Source: an uncultured Armatimonadia bacterium | GTDB lineage: Bacteria; Armatimonadota; Zipacnadia; CAVVLO01 | NCBI GenBank assembly: GCA_963749155.1 | Contig: CAVVLO010000002.1 | Span: forward strand, 896,001 to 960,000 | Direction of reading: 5' to 3' | DNA length: 64,000 nt | Shown: in pieces, positions 11,228 through 19,452 of the stretch | How positions within the stretch are numbered: the stretch's first letter is position 1 | Layout: each line of letters opens with the position of its first letter | Made by a program: the position numbers and the translations under genes | Notes under the pieces: model-generated | What the model was told of the DNA's origin: nothing | The model's database searches: none | The model's input: only the letters and a program-made list of their open reading frames with translations

Positions 11228-11266
11228 ACTTGTGTACTCCTCACTGGAGGCTCCAGGAGAGTCCTG

Positions 11267-12871
11267 TCAGCGCAGCTTGCTGCCGACCTCGAACCGGTCG
11301 TGCAATACAACGACCTCAGGTCGCTTTATTCTAGCCCCGCCGACCGCGCAAGTAACAGTGACATCAATCAAACGCTGCGTCTTGTAGCTGATTACGACGA
11401 CATCGTTCCTGATTTGCCGGTTCGGGTTGGCAATTGACGTATCTCTATAGAAGTTGTCCCTGTAAGCGAATTGCACCTGGATGGTGCTGCCAAGCGGAGG
11501 CGCCCAGGCGAAAGCCAGCGTGCCGGTTATGTAATCAATTGTATAAACATGATCGGTCCGCATAGGCGACATAGGCAACTGCTCGACGCTGGAATACGAT
11601 ATCCAGTCTCCAGTCGGCATCAGCAAGCGCACCTGCTCGCTGCCGGCTACCACAAGCGAGCCGAAAGGCCGGTCCAGCGTGAACTGGGTCGTCCCCATTC
11701 CGAACATGTTGCCATCGCCCAGGAAGGTGTTCTGCCAGGGCACTGCGCATTTCACTACGCCCTGCTTGCTGTCCCAGGTAAAGTGTACCGGGCGCGTTAC
11801 ATCCCAGTAGAAATTGGTCGCTGGATCGGCTGGATACGAGTCAAAAATCAGCACTGAGTAATCATTGTCCGCGGGATTCCAGCGATATATCTGGATATGC
11901 GGATCGTCGAACTTCTCCTGGCCGCCCAGATCAGAGAACCAGGCAATCGGCCAATAGCCGGGGCCGATATACCGGTCGCCGAGGTTGGGCGTGTTGTCTT
12001 CGTACCAGTCGGCATACTTGGTGCGATAGTCCGCCCCGCCGTTGCCTGCCGCCACCCGTTCGCGATTTATCTGCACGGGCCGGAAACTGCAACCAGGCAC
12101 TACGTACCTGTCACCAGCGGCGCGCAACTCTTCGGTCTGGGGCCACATCGCCGGAGTACCGACTGGATCCTGCAGGTAGGCCGCGGTGTCGGTCTTCTGC
12201 TTCTCCATCAACGAGTTGGAGAGGTTTATCCAATAGTCTCTTTCGGCCGGGAAATCGAGGTAGAACCACGGATCCATCCAGTTGGGGATGTTAGGATTAG
12301 CCTCGATAGTCCCGTTGCTGTCGAAATCGGCAAAAGGCTGGAAATGCGTTTTGCGGAGCTGCACCAGGGTATAGAGCCGCTGGATGTCCGGCACCCCGCC
12401 ATCGCCGGTATACGTCCATTCTTCTCCCAGGTCCGGATTGCTGTATGCGGTTGGCCACTCGGCCTGGGCCAGCGCCGGCTGAGTCGGGTGCGGGTAATAA
12501 CGCAGCGGCGAGGTCCAATAGCGAGTGACATAGCTATCGGGCCTGAGCGGCTGAGCCAGCGCTCCATTTTCCGTCACTGGCATATAGAGATCTATCAGCC
12601 AGGGCGTGTCGGGATAGGTGCGGGCATAAAGCGCTGTAGTAAGCGCGCTTGAGAAATCCTCGAGTGCGAGCTGAGCATTGGACTGCGCCGCCACGCTTGC
12701 GCGCGAGGTGCGCAGCCAGTTTATGCCCTCCACCATAGGCTTGAAGAGCAGCACGAACAGGATCGTCAAGAGTGCGATGACGACCAGCAGCTCGACCAGT
12801 GTAAAACCTCTGGTTGCTCCAGGCGCGCTACGACCCGCGGCCAATCTGGTGCTCATCCCTCGCTTAGCCAT
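11267..12871 (-). CDS. Large PilW/GspJ-like minor pilin (534 aa)
   Basis: Prepilin motif RG|FTLVELLVVIALL; positioned just before the PilX-like gene. Confidence 0.75.
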   Translation of the reverse strand: MAKRGMSTRLAAGRSAPGATRGFTLVELLVVIALLTILFVLLFKPMVEGINWLRTSRASVAAQSNAQLALEDFSSALTTALYARTYPDTPWLIDLYMPVTENGALAQPLRPDSYVTRYWTSPLRYYPHPTQPALAQAEWPTAYSNPDLGEEWTYTGDGGVPDIQRLYTLVQLRKTHFQPFADFDSNGTIEANPNIPNWMDPWFYLDFPAERDYWINLSNSLMEKQKTDTAAYLQDPVGTPAMWPQTEELRAAGDRYVVPGCSFRPVQINRERVAAGNGGADYRTKYADWYEDNTPNLGDRYIGPGYWPIAWFSDLGGQEKFDDPHIQIYRWNPADNDYSVLIFDSYPADPATNFYWDVTRPVHFTWDSKQGVVKCAVPWQNTFLGDGNMFGMGTTQFTLDRPFGSLVVAGSEQVRLLMPTGDWISYSSVEQLPMSPMRTDHVYTIDYITGTLAFAWAPPLGSTIQVQFAYRDNFYRDTSIANPNRQIRNDVVVISYKTQRLIDVTVTCAVGGARIKRPEVVVLHDRFEVGSKLR

Positions 12872-12886
12872 CTCTTGCTCCCTCGC

Positions 12887-13600
12887 TTAAGGCAATACAT
12901 AGTCGCGCAAGTCGCCCCACTCAAGCGGGGGATTGCTGCGATGATTCTCGCCGGCCGTATAATCAGGTGTTTTCAGCATCCTGACCGACCCATCGAGGAA
13001 CAAAACCAGGTCTCTGGTGCCAGCGGGAGTGTCATACGCCCCCGCATGAAGTTCGCACCAGGTGACCACCGTATTGTCAATTGGAAAACGACTTGCCAGT
13101 TCTCTGGCGCGCTCGGGATCCTCGGCCATAACCGGGATGTCCGGCGCATCAGGCTGGTACTTCCATTCCTCAACACCTGCAGCCAGCCCGTTGGCATCCT
13201 GCAGCATATAGCTGACATAATCCATCGGGACATCGCTGTCATTATGCTGCCTGTCTTCGGGGCAATGCAGATATTGCTTGCCCTTCAGATAACCCATCCG
13301 GTTTTCCGTGCCGGCGCCAGCAAGCGTGGTGTCGAAGGCAAACAGCGCCCACAGTCCAAGCCCGCCTGCCAGCGGATCTCCAGCGTTTATGGTCGGATCG
13401 AAGGGAGGAAAGCCCCCCTCATCCAGCGTGTACATCCGCATCGAGATAGCAATGGCCTGCATATTGCCCATACAGGTCATCCCTCGAGCGCGAGCATTGC
13501 CCCCTTTCGTGAAAACGAAAAGGATTGCCGACAGGATAGCGATGATCGCTATCACCGTAAGCAGCTCGATTATCGTGAAACCTTTACGCTTGTTGCTCAT
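12887..13600 (-). CDS. Prepilin-type protein (DUF1559-like N-terminus; C-terminal H..DG-like motif)
   Basis: KRKG|FTIIELLTVIAIIAILSAILF...TCMGNM...LHCPED...WCELH...DLVLFLDGSVR; alternative GTG start at 13609. Confidence 0.8.
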   Translation of the reverse strand: MSNKRKGFTIIELLTVIAIIAILSAILFVFTKGGNARARGMTCMGNMQAIAISMRMYTLDEGGFPPFDPTINAGDPLAGGLGLWALFAFDTTLAGAGTENRMGYLKGKQYLHCPEDRQHNDSDVPMDYVSYMLQDANGLAAGVEEWKYQPDAPDIPVMAEDPERARELASRFPIDNTVVTWCELHAGAYDTPAGTRDLVLFLDGSVRMLKTPDYTAGENHRSNPPLEWGDLRDYVLP

Positions 13601-13617
13601 ATAGCTCACATCCTGCC

Positions 13618-15165
13618 TTACAGGGCCTCAGGCTCGAGTAGAGTGTCGAGCTGGATGTAGCGGGTCATATCGCGGTCGTGCCAGATAGCCTTCACGCCCA
13701 GCGACAGACCGGTCACCGACAGCAAATCGCCTGCGCCGATTGGCCCGCCTCCCGCGTTCACGATCGTTGCGGTATAGGGAGCAGGACCAGGCGAGATGGT
13801 AAGCTGGCGTGTTTCGACAATCGACGCCGTGCTGGCGTTGTTGTCGTCATCCCACATAAAGCTGACCAGCACGACTTTGCCCGCCTCGCTTCCCGAAAAC
13901 TCCAGGCTAGCGTCAGGGGCGATTGCAGCGAATATATATTCGTTGCCCAGCGGCGCTGCCGCGGTCGTATTGAAGTACTGGGCCTGGGCTCGCTGAGCGA
14001 GCACCGCCCACTCTTCCATCCCGCGGTAGAAGACGCGTATTGGCCGATTGGCCAGCGTGTCCGAGAACAAGACCACGCCGTTCTCGTAATCCACCGAATC
14101 GGGGGTATGCAGCAGGCCATCGTCCAGCGTAACGCCCAGGACGGTAGTCGCCATACCTGGCAGGTCGCCATCGTCCAGGAAAGTTATGTCGGTGCGCATC
14201 TCGCCGTAAACGTCCAGCACGTCGAACTCGCTGAGGATGTGCCAGTCGCGCACGCTGTACGAATAACGCACGAACTGGCCCTGGTCCTCGCCATAGAATC
14301 TCAGCACGCCGCCATCGTCATCCAGGCTGAACTCGGAGTTGGCGGCTGGATTGCCACCTACCTCGGTGAACTGCCTGCTGATGCGGATCGAACTGTCCAC
14401 GATGAACTCAAAGTCCGGAAGGCCTGCCACCGGCAGCATTGTGTCATCGTCATTGGCCGCCAGGGTGAAGGTGCCAGTGTAGGGCACATAAGCCGCGGCA
14501 GCACTGTCATAGTAGATGCAGTTCAGTTCCATATTCCGATCGTAAGGCACTCGGTCGAATCTGGCATAACCGGCACGCTGCCAGTTGACGCTGCCATCGC
14601 CCTGCTCGGCGGTCGTCACATAAAAATGTTGGTAGTCGTGTTCGTCGTCGCGCAAATCGTAGAAGGCATTGTTGACCCGGGTATAAGGCGCCCAGCACTC
14701 GACTGCAGCCCCTACCTCGGCCGGACCAAACAGGTTGTGCGCGACGGAGACAGTAGTGCCGAGAACAGGCGATGGGATTCGGAGCCCCTCGCCTACGACT
14801 TCTCGTACCTCTGTCATATTAGGCCCGAAGCCATCAGGGTCTATATCGGCCAACTTCAACCAGTCAGGCTGGATCTCCCAACCGTTTACCGTCGGGCCAA
14901 GAGCGTTGCCGTCTTCATCCACCACCGGCATATTGGCGGTGGTGTTCTGGATGCCCAGCGGGGCGCGCTCGGGCGCAGCCTCCAGTTGCTGGAGCAACCT
15001 GTCGGCCAGCCTGGTGGCGACGTTACGATTCTGGCCGCTCTGGACCAGGTTCAATCCCATCGGGAATACGCGGAATAACGCGTAGAGCCCAAATACCAGG
15101 ATGAACACTGCCACCAGGACTTCGACCAGGGTCATACCTTTCTGGTTTATCGCCCTATTTCTCAT
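13618..15165 (-). CDS. Large PilV/GspI-like minor pilin (515 aa)
   Basis: Prepilin motif QKG|MTLVEVLVAVFILVFGLYAL, the PilV/GspI pattern. Confidence 0.75.
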   Translation of the reverse strand: MRNRAINQKGMTLVEVLVAVFILVFGLYALFRVFPMGLNLVQSGQNRNVATRLADRLLQQLEAAPERAPLGIQNTTANMPVVDEDGNALGPTVNGWEIQPDWLKLADIDPDGFGPNMTEVREVVGEGLRIPSPVLGTTVSVAHNLFGPAEVGAAVECWAPYTRVNNAFYDLRDDEHDYQHFYVTTAEQGDGSVNWQRAGYARFDRVPYDRNMELNCIYYDSAAAAYVPYTGTFTLAANDDDTMLPVAGLPDFEFIVDSSIRISRQFTEVGGNPAANSEFSLDDDGGVLRFYGEDQGQFVRYSYSVRDWHILSEFDVLDVYGEMRTDITFLDDGDLPGMATTVLGVTLDDGLLHTPDSVDYENGVVLFSDTLANRPIRVFYRGMEEWAVLAQRAQAQYFNTTAAAPLGNEYIFAAIAPDASLEFSGSEAGKVVLVSFMWDDDNNASTASIVETRQLTISPGPAPYTATIVNAGGGPIGAGDLLSVTGLSLGVKAIWHDRDMTRYIQLDTLLEPEAL

Positions 15166-15224
15166 AGGGACTCACCGCTCCTCACACCTGTGCGTTGCCG
15201 AGATTCGGACCGCCCTCAGCCCTT

Positions 15225-15896
15225 CTATTCGGGCTGATCTTCCCAGTTGTAACTGGAAAGCACGAGCTTCTTGGCCGTGCCATCTACGAAGACGACAATG
15301 TCGAAAGCCCGGGCCTGATCGTTATCCGCGCTGGAGCTAAAGCCCGCCTGGCGCCACATCATTGGGAAGTCGACAGTGTCGGCTTCAACAGAGCGATGCC
15401 ACGGGCACCGGGTGATGATGGTGTGCTCCGGAGCGTTGCGGAAAGCCCTGGAGTAGTTCTGGGTTGGGAACATAACCGCTGGTCCCCCTAGCGCCTTGTA
15501 GCGCGCTGGCGGGGGCCAGGGCACATCGGCTTCGGTCTTGGGATCGCCTGCTGGCGTGTAGCCGTAGCAGTTCCAGAAGTACCCGTAGCTGATGTCGGTC
15601 TGTTGCGCCGCCTGCAGCTTGGACATTGGATCATTCGGGCAGAACAGCGCTGCCGCATCCTGCAGATAGTCAGGTCTGAGTGCCATTATTGACTGCGGAT
15701 AAGCCCGATGATCGCGTCGATACAGTACCGTCGCCTGTGCAATGGCGTGCAAGTTGCTGATGCAACTGCCTTGCCTGGCCCGCTCTCTGGCGCTGGCGAA
15801 TACCGGGAACAGTATCGCCGCCAAAATCGCGATGATGGCGATGACCGTCAACACCTCGATGAGCGTGAAACCACTCTTCTCACGCCGTGGAAGCAT
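15225..15896 (-). CDS. Prepilin-type protein (DUF1559/GspG-like), first gene of the pilin cassette
   Basis: Start MLPRREKSG|FTLIEVLTVIAIIAILAAILFPVFASARERARQGSCISNL with GGAGG RBS at 15905-15909; LFCPND, CPWH, DIVVFVDGTAK. Confidence 0.85.
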   Translation of the reverse strand: MLPRREKSGFTLIEVLTVIAIIAILAAILFPVFASARERARQGSCISNLHAIAQATVLYRRDHRAYPQSIMALRPDYLQDAAALFCPNDPMSKLQAAQQTDISYGYFWNCYGYTPAGDPKTEADVPWPPPARYKALGGPAVMFPTQNYSRAFRNAPEHTIITRCPWHRSVEADTVDFPMMWRQAGFSSSADNDQARAFDIVVFVDGTAKKLVLSSYNWEDQPE

Positions 15897-15944
15897 AGCC
15901 CATTCCTCCATTTGGAGGCTTTAGCGCCTCCGGCTGTTCAAGTT

Positions 15945-15970
15945 ATACCCCGCAGTCCTGGCCGGGAAAC
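15945..15970 (-). promoter_or_regulatory. Putative SigB/SigF-type promoter GTTT-N16-GGGTAT upstream of the pilin cassette
   Basis: Minus strand reads GTTTcccggccaggactgcgGGGTATaac about 50 nt upstream of the start codon, matching the SigB/SigF family consensus. Confidence 0.45.
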
Positions 15971-16014
15971 TCGCACAAGACTCAAAAAATCGCAAAAAAT
16001 GGGAAATAGCCTGT

Positions 16015-16878
16015 TTATTCTAGTCCGTAGAGCTGCATAAAGACTTTCGTTATCTCATCGCCCAGGAATACCATCATAATGCCCGCCCCAGCCAGGAAGG
16101 GGCCAAAGGGGATTATACTGTCCCTTTTCATTTTTCCGGTTGACATCAAAAGTACCGACAGCACCGCTCCAACCAGCACTGCAAGCAGGCTCATTGCCAT
16201 CAAAGCCCAGGTAGCTCCAACTCGCGCGCCAAGCGCCAGCATCAACTTTACATCGCCAAAGCCTAGCGCGTCCTTTTTGAAGACCTTTGTGGCCAGGATA
16301 CCAAGCAGCCAGAAGCTGACGGCCGCAAGCACCGCTCCCCCAAGCGCGCTGATGGGCAGTTGGAATTCCGCCCCGCCCGTCTGGATTGTGATGAGCTGAG
16401 TCACTTTTTCAGGAGCGGTGAACCAAAGGCCAATTTCTCTTGCGAAAGCGGCAAGCCCCGCCACGATGGTGAACTCGTCGGGCAGCAAATAAGTATTGAG
16501 GTCCGCTACGAACGCCCCAAGCAGCGCGGTGCAGAAGATGATATCCATAATAGTTGGAAAGGTCGGGGTCCAGTCTCCCGACGCCAGGAAAACCCCCACG
16601 AAGAGCGCCGAAGTGGCCAGCTCCACGATAGCGTACTGGGCGCTTACCTTCTCGCCGCAATAGCGACATTTGCCCCTGAGGAAGAGCCAGGACAGGACCG
16701 GCACCATATCTTGGCCACGCAATCGGGTGTTGCATTTGGGGCAGTGAGAGGGTGGATTGACTACTGACTCCTCATTGGGCAACCGATAGATGCAGACGTT
16801 GAGGAAACTGCCTACTACCAGGCCAACCACACCCAGGAAAGCCGCGGCGACCAGGCGATAGAATTCAAGATCGTCCAA
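16015..16878 (-). CDS. pilD: Prepilin peptidase / N-methyltransferase (A24)
   Basis: GSFLNVCIYRLP, CPKC/CRYC zinc motif, ADLNTYLLPD, GFGDVKL, IPFGPFL; TTG start at 16878 after GGGGGAG. Confidence 0.95.
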   Translation of the reverse strand: MDDLEFYRLVAAAFLGVVGLVVGSFLNVCIYRLPNEESVVNPPSHCPKCNTRLRGQDMVPVLSWLFLRGKCRYCGEKVSAQYAIVELATSALFVGVFLASGDWTPTFPTIMDIIFCTALLGAFVADLNTYLLPDEFTIVAGLAAFAREIGLWFTAPEKVTQLITIQTGGAEFQLPISALGGAVLAAVSFWLLGILATKVFKKDALGFGDVKLMLALGARVGATWALMAMSLLAVLVGAVLSVLLMSTGKMKRDSIIPFGPFLAGAGIMMVFLGDEITKVFMQLYGLE

Positions 16879-16895
16879 TTGCGTTACTCCCCCCG

Positions 16896-16934
16896 GAACC
16901 AAAAGCGCTTTCCGGCTGGAAAGCGCTTCGGTTC
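16896..16934 (-). terminator. Stem-loop between pilC and pilD (weak terminator or RNA stability element)
   Basis: Perfect 11-bp inverted repeat AAGCGCTTTCC-N4-GGAAAGCGCTT, extendable with GAACC/GGTTC; only a short U run on the minus strand. Confidence 0.5.
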
Positions 16935-16957
16935 GTCTTCAGACTGCCCGAGGCGGA

Positions 16958-18190
16958 CTAGCTGCCGCCGGACAGGTTACCTATGATAGATATCAGTGGC
17001 ATAAACATCGCGATAACGATGAAGCCTACGATACCACCCAGAAGTACGATCATTACAGGCTCGATAGTGGCCGCCAGCGACTCAAGCGCGGCGTCTACCT
17101 CCGCCTCGTAGAACTCGGCGATCTTCTCGAGCATCGCATCCAGAGCGCCAGTCTCCTCACCGATAGCAATCATATGGATGACCATCGGCGGGAACATCTT
17201 GCTGGCTTCGAGCGGACCGGCAATCGGCTCGCCCTCCCGGACACCCGCCCTGGCGTCCATAATCGCATTTTCGAAGATGACATTCTGCACGGCGCCCGCC
17301 GTAGTCTCCATTGCCTGGAGTATCTGAACGCCCGATTCGATCAGGGTCGAAAGGGTGCGCGCGAAACGAGACAGCGCCAGTTGCTGGTTGATCTTCCCAA
17401 AGACGGGCATCTTGAGCTTGAACAGGTCGAAATACTTGCGCCCGAATTTGGTGCGGATGAGATGCATAAAGCCAATGCCGACGATCACTGCGATGGCGAT
17501 GGCGAAATACCACTTGCCCAGGATGAAGTCCGAGGTGGCTTTCAATATCTTGGTTGGAGTCGGCATCTGGTCTTCGCCGACCTCAAGGTCCGTGAACAAC
17601 TGCATAAACTTCGGGAAGATGAAGGTCATAAGGCCGATAACGATACCTGCCGCAACGAACAAAACGACCATTGGGTAGGTCATCGCGCTCTTGACCTTGC
17701 GCCGGAGTTCCATCGAGCTTTCCAGGAAGTCAGCCAGGCGAGCCATGGTCTCGTCCAGCACGCCACCTATCTCACCAGCACGTATCAGACCGATGAAAAG
17801 GGTGGAGAAGACGCGTGGATATTTGCCCATCGAGCGCGACAGCGTGGCGCCGCCCTCAATCTCTTCCCGCACGTCTGCAATTATGGCTTTCAGGTTGGGG
17901 TTTCTGGTCTGGCTCTCGAGGACGGTAAGGCACCGGACCAGCGAGACACCAGCGTTTATCATCGTAGAGAACTGCCGGCAGAAGATGGAAAGGTCCCTCA
18001 GGCCAACCCGGCGGAACATCGAGCCTTTGGCCTTGGACTGGATCATCTTGCCTTTGGTCTCTTTGATTTGCTGGATCTTGATACCAGTCTGGGCTAACCT
18101 GGTTACCAGCTCTTCACGAGTTTCGGCCTCGGCTGACCCCTGGATCTTGCGACCAGTGTCGTCTGTTGCCGTATAGCTGAATACGGGCAT
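16958..18190 (-). CDS. pilC: Type IV pilus inner-membrane platform protein (PilC/GspF family)
   Basis: FCRQFSTMINAGVSL, AGEIGGVLD, KVKSAMTYP, GEETGALDAML, IEPVMIV. Confidence 0.95.
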   Translation of the reverse strand: MPVFSYTATDDTGRKIQGSAEAETREELVTRLAQTGIKIQQIKETKGKMIQSKAKGSMFRRVGLRDLSIFCRQFSTMINAGVSLVRCLTVLESQTRNPNLKAIIADVREEIEGGATLSRSMGKYPRVFSTLFIGLIRAGEIGGVLDETMARLADFLESSMELRRKVKSAMTYPMVVLFVAAGIVIGLMTFIFPKFMQLFTDLEVGEDQMPTPTKILKATSDFILGKWYFAIAIAVIVGIGFMHLIRTKFGRKYFDLFKLKMPVFGKINQQLALSRFARTLSTLIESGVQILQAMETTAGAVQNVIFENAIMDARAGVREGEPIAGPLEASKMFPPMVIHMIAIGEETGALDAMLEKIAEFYEAEVDAALESLAATIEPVMIVLLGGIVGFIVIAMFMPLISIIGNLSGGS

Positions 18191-18244
18191 AATAGCCTCC
18201 TCCGCGCCGCCCAGGAATTAGCTGGGTCTGGCGGCGCTTCCTCA

Positions 18245-19384
18245 CTAGGCAATAAGCTTCTTGAGCTCTTCCGGATTCATCGCCCGGTTGAGGGCATCTT
18301 CGTAGCTTATCTCGCCCGACTGATAGAGGTCGCGCAATGACTGGTCCATCGAGACCATTCCGGCCTCGCTGCTGGTCTGCAAAATTGATGGGATCTGGTG
18401 TACTTTTGATTCCCGGATAAGGTTGCGGATGGCCGCCGTGGCCACCATAACTTCTGTAGCGACAATCCGGCCAGGGGCGCCTACGCGCTTCATTAGCTGC
18501 TGCGAAAGCACAGCGGCCAGGTTGTTGGCGAGCTGGACGCGCACCTGCTCCTGCTGACCAGGCGGGAAAACGTCGATGATACGGTCGATTGTCTCCGAGC
18601 AGTTGTTGGTGTGCAAGGTGGCCAGCACAAGGTGGCCAGTCTCAGCCGCGGTGATAGCCAGTTTGATTGTATCCAGGTCGCGCATCTCACCGACCAGGAT
18701 GACGTCGGGGTCTTCGCGCAAGGCTGATCTCAGTGCCGCATCGAAGCCGCGTGTGTCCTGCCCAAGCTCGCGCTGGTTGACTACGCTCATCCGGTGGGTG
18801 TGGAGATACTCGATTGGGTCCTCGATGGTGATGATATGGCACGACCGCTCGATGTTGACCTGGTTCACGACAGCCGCCAGAGTCGTTGACTTGCCGCTTC
18901 CCGTCGGGCCTGTAACCAAAACCAGGCCACGTGGCTTGCGGGAGAGATCCTTGAGGACAGATGGCAGCTTGAGCTCTTCGATAGTCGGGATCCGGCTCGG
19001 GATGAGTCGGAAAGCGACTGCAACGGAGCCCTTGTCCCGGTATACATTGACGCGGAATCTTGCCGAGTTCTTCAACGAATAGGACAGGTCGAGTTCCAGC
19101 GTACTCTCGAAGCGATGGATATGCTCATCGGTCAGGATATCGTAGATGAGCCTTTGGGTGTCTTCCGGCTCGAGCCGCTCGAAGTTGAGTGGTCTAAGGT
19201 CGCCGTCGACGCGTAGGACAGGTGGTACTCCAACGCAAAGATGAAGGTCGGAAGCATTGCGCTCGACTACTTGCAACAGCAACTCGTCGAGGCTGACGTC
19301 AGCCACTGACATACGCTGGACTTGCTGCCTTTGCAGCCGGGGGACGCCTTGTCCGCCCGTGTTACCTGAGCCGATGCCTGCCAT
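18245..19384 (-). CDS. pilT: Type IV pilus retraction ATPase
   Basis: Walker A GPTGSGKS, EDPIE, LREDPDVILVGEMRD, and the PilT-specific AIRNLIRE motif. Confidence 0.95.
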   Translation of the reverse strand: MAGIGSGNTGGQGVPRLQRQQVQRMSVADVSLDELLLQVVERNASDLHLCVGVPPVLRVDGDLRPLNFERLEPEDTQRLIYDILTDEHIHRFESTLELDLSYSLKNSARFRVNVYRDKGSVAVAFRLIPSRIPTIEELKLPSVLKDLSRKPRGLVLVTGPTGSGKSTTLAAVVNQVNIERSCHIITIEDPIEYLHTHRMSVVNQRELGQDTRGFDAALRSALREDPDVILVGEMRDLDTIKLAITAAETGHLVLATLHTNNCSETIDRIIDVFPPGQQEQVRVQLANNLAAVLSQQLMKRVGAPGRIVATEVMVATAAIRNLIRESKVHQIPSILQTSSEAGMVSMDQSLRDLYQSGEISYEDALNRAMNPEELKKLIA

Positions 19385-19452
19385 CTATGCCTTTGCTCCT
19401 TTATCCCTCTTGCCGAGGAGTAAGCTTTTCAATATTTATCTGACTCGTGGTC

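Noticed and set aside
38..15078. Many long plus-strand ORFs (e.g. 3489..4688, 13678..15078, 7029..7841) opposite the pilin cassette
   Set aside because: They are antisense shadows of GC-rich coding genes, with no motifs or RBS; the minus-strand proteins are clearly the real ones.
15910..15935. GGCGCTAAAGCCTCC resembles part of the c-di-GMP-I riboswitch
   Set aside because: The upstream GGCAAA..GAAA stem and the downstream P3 elements are absent and there is not enough room.
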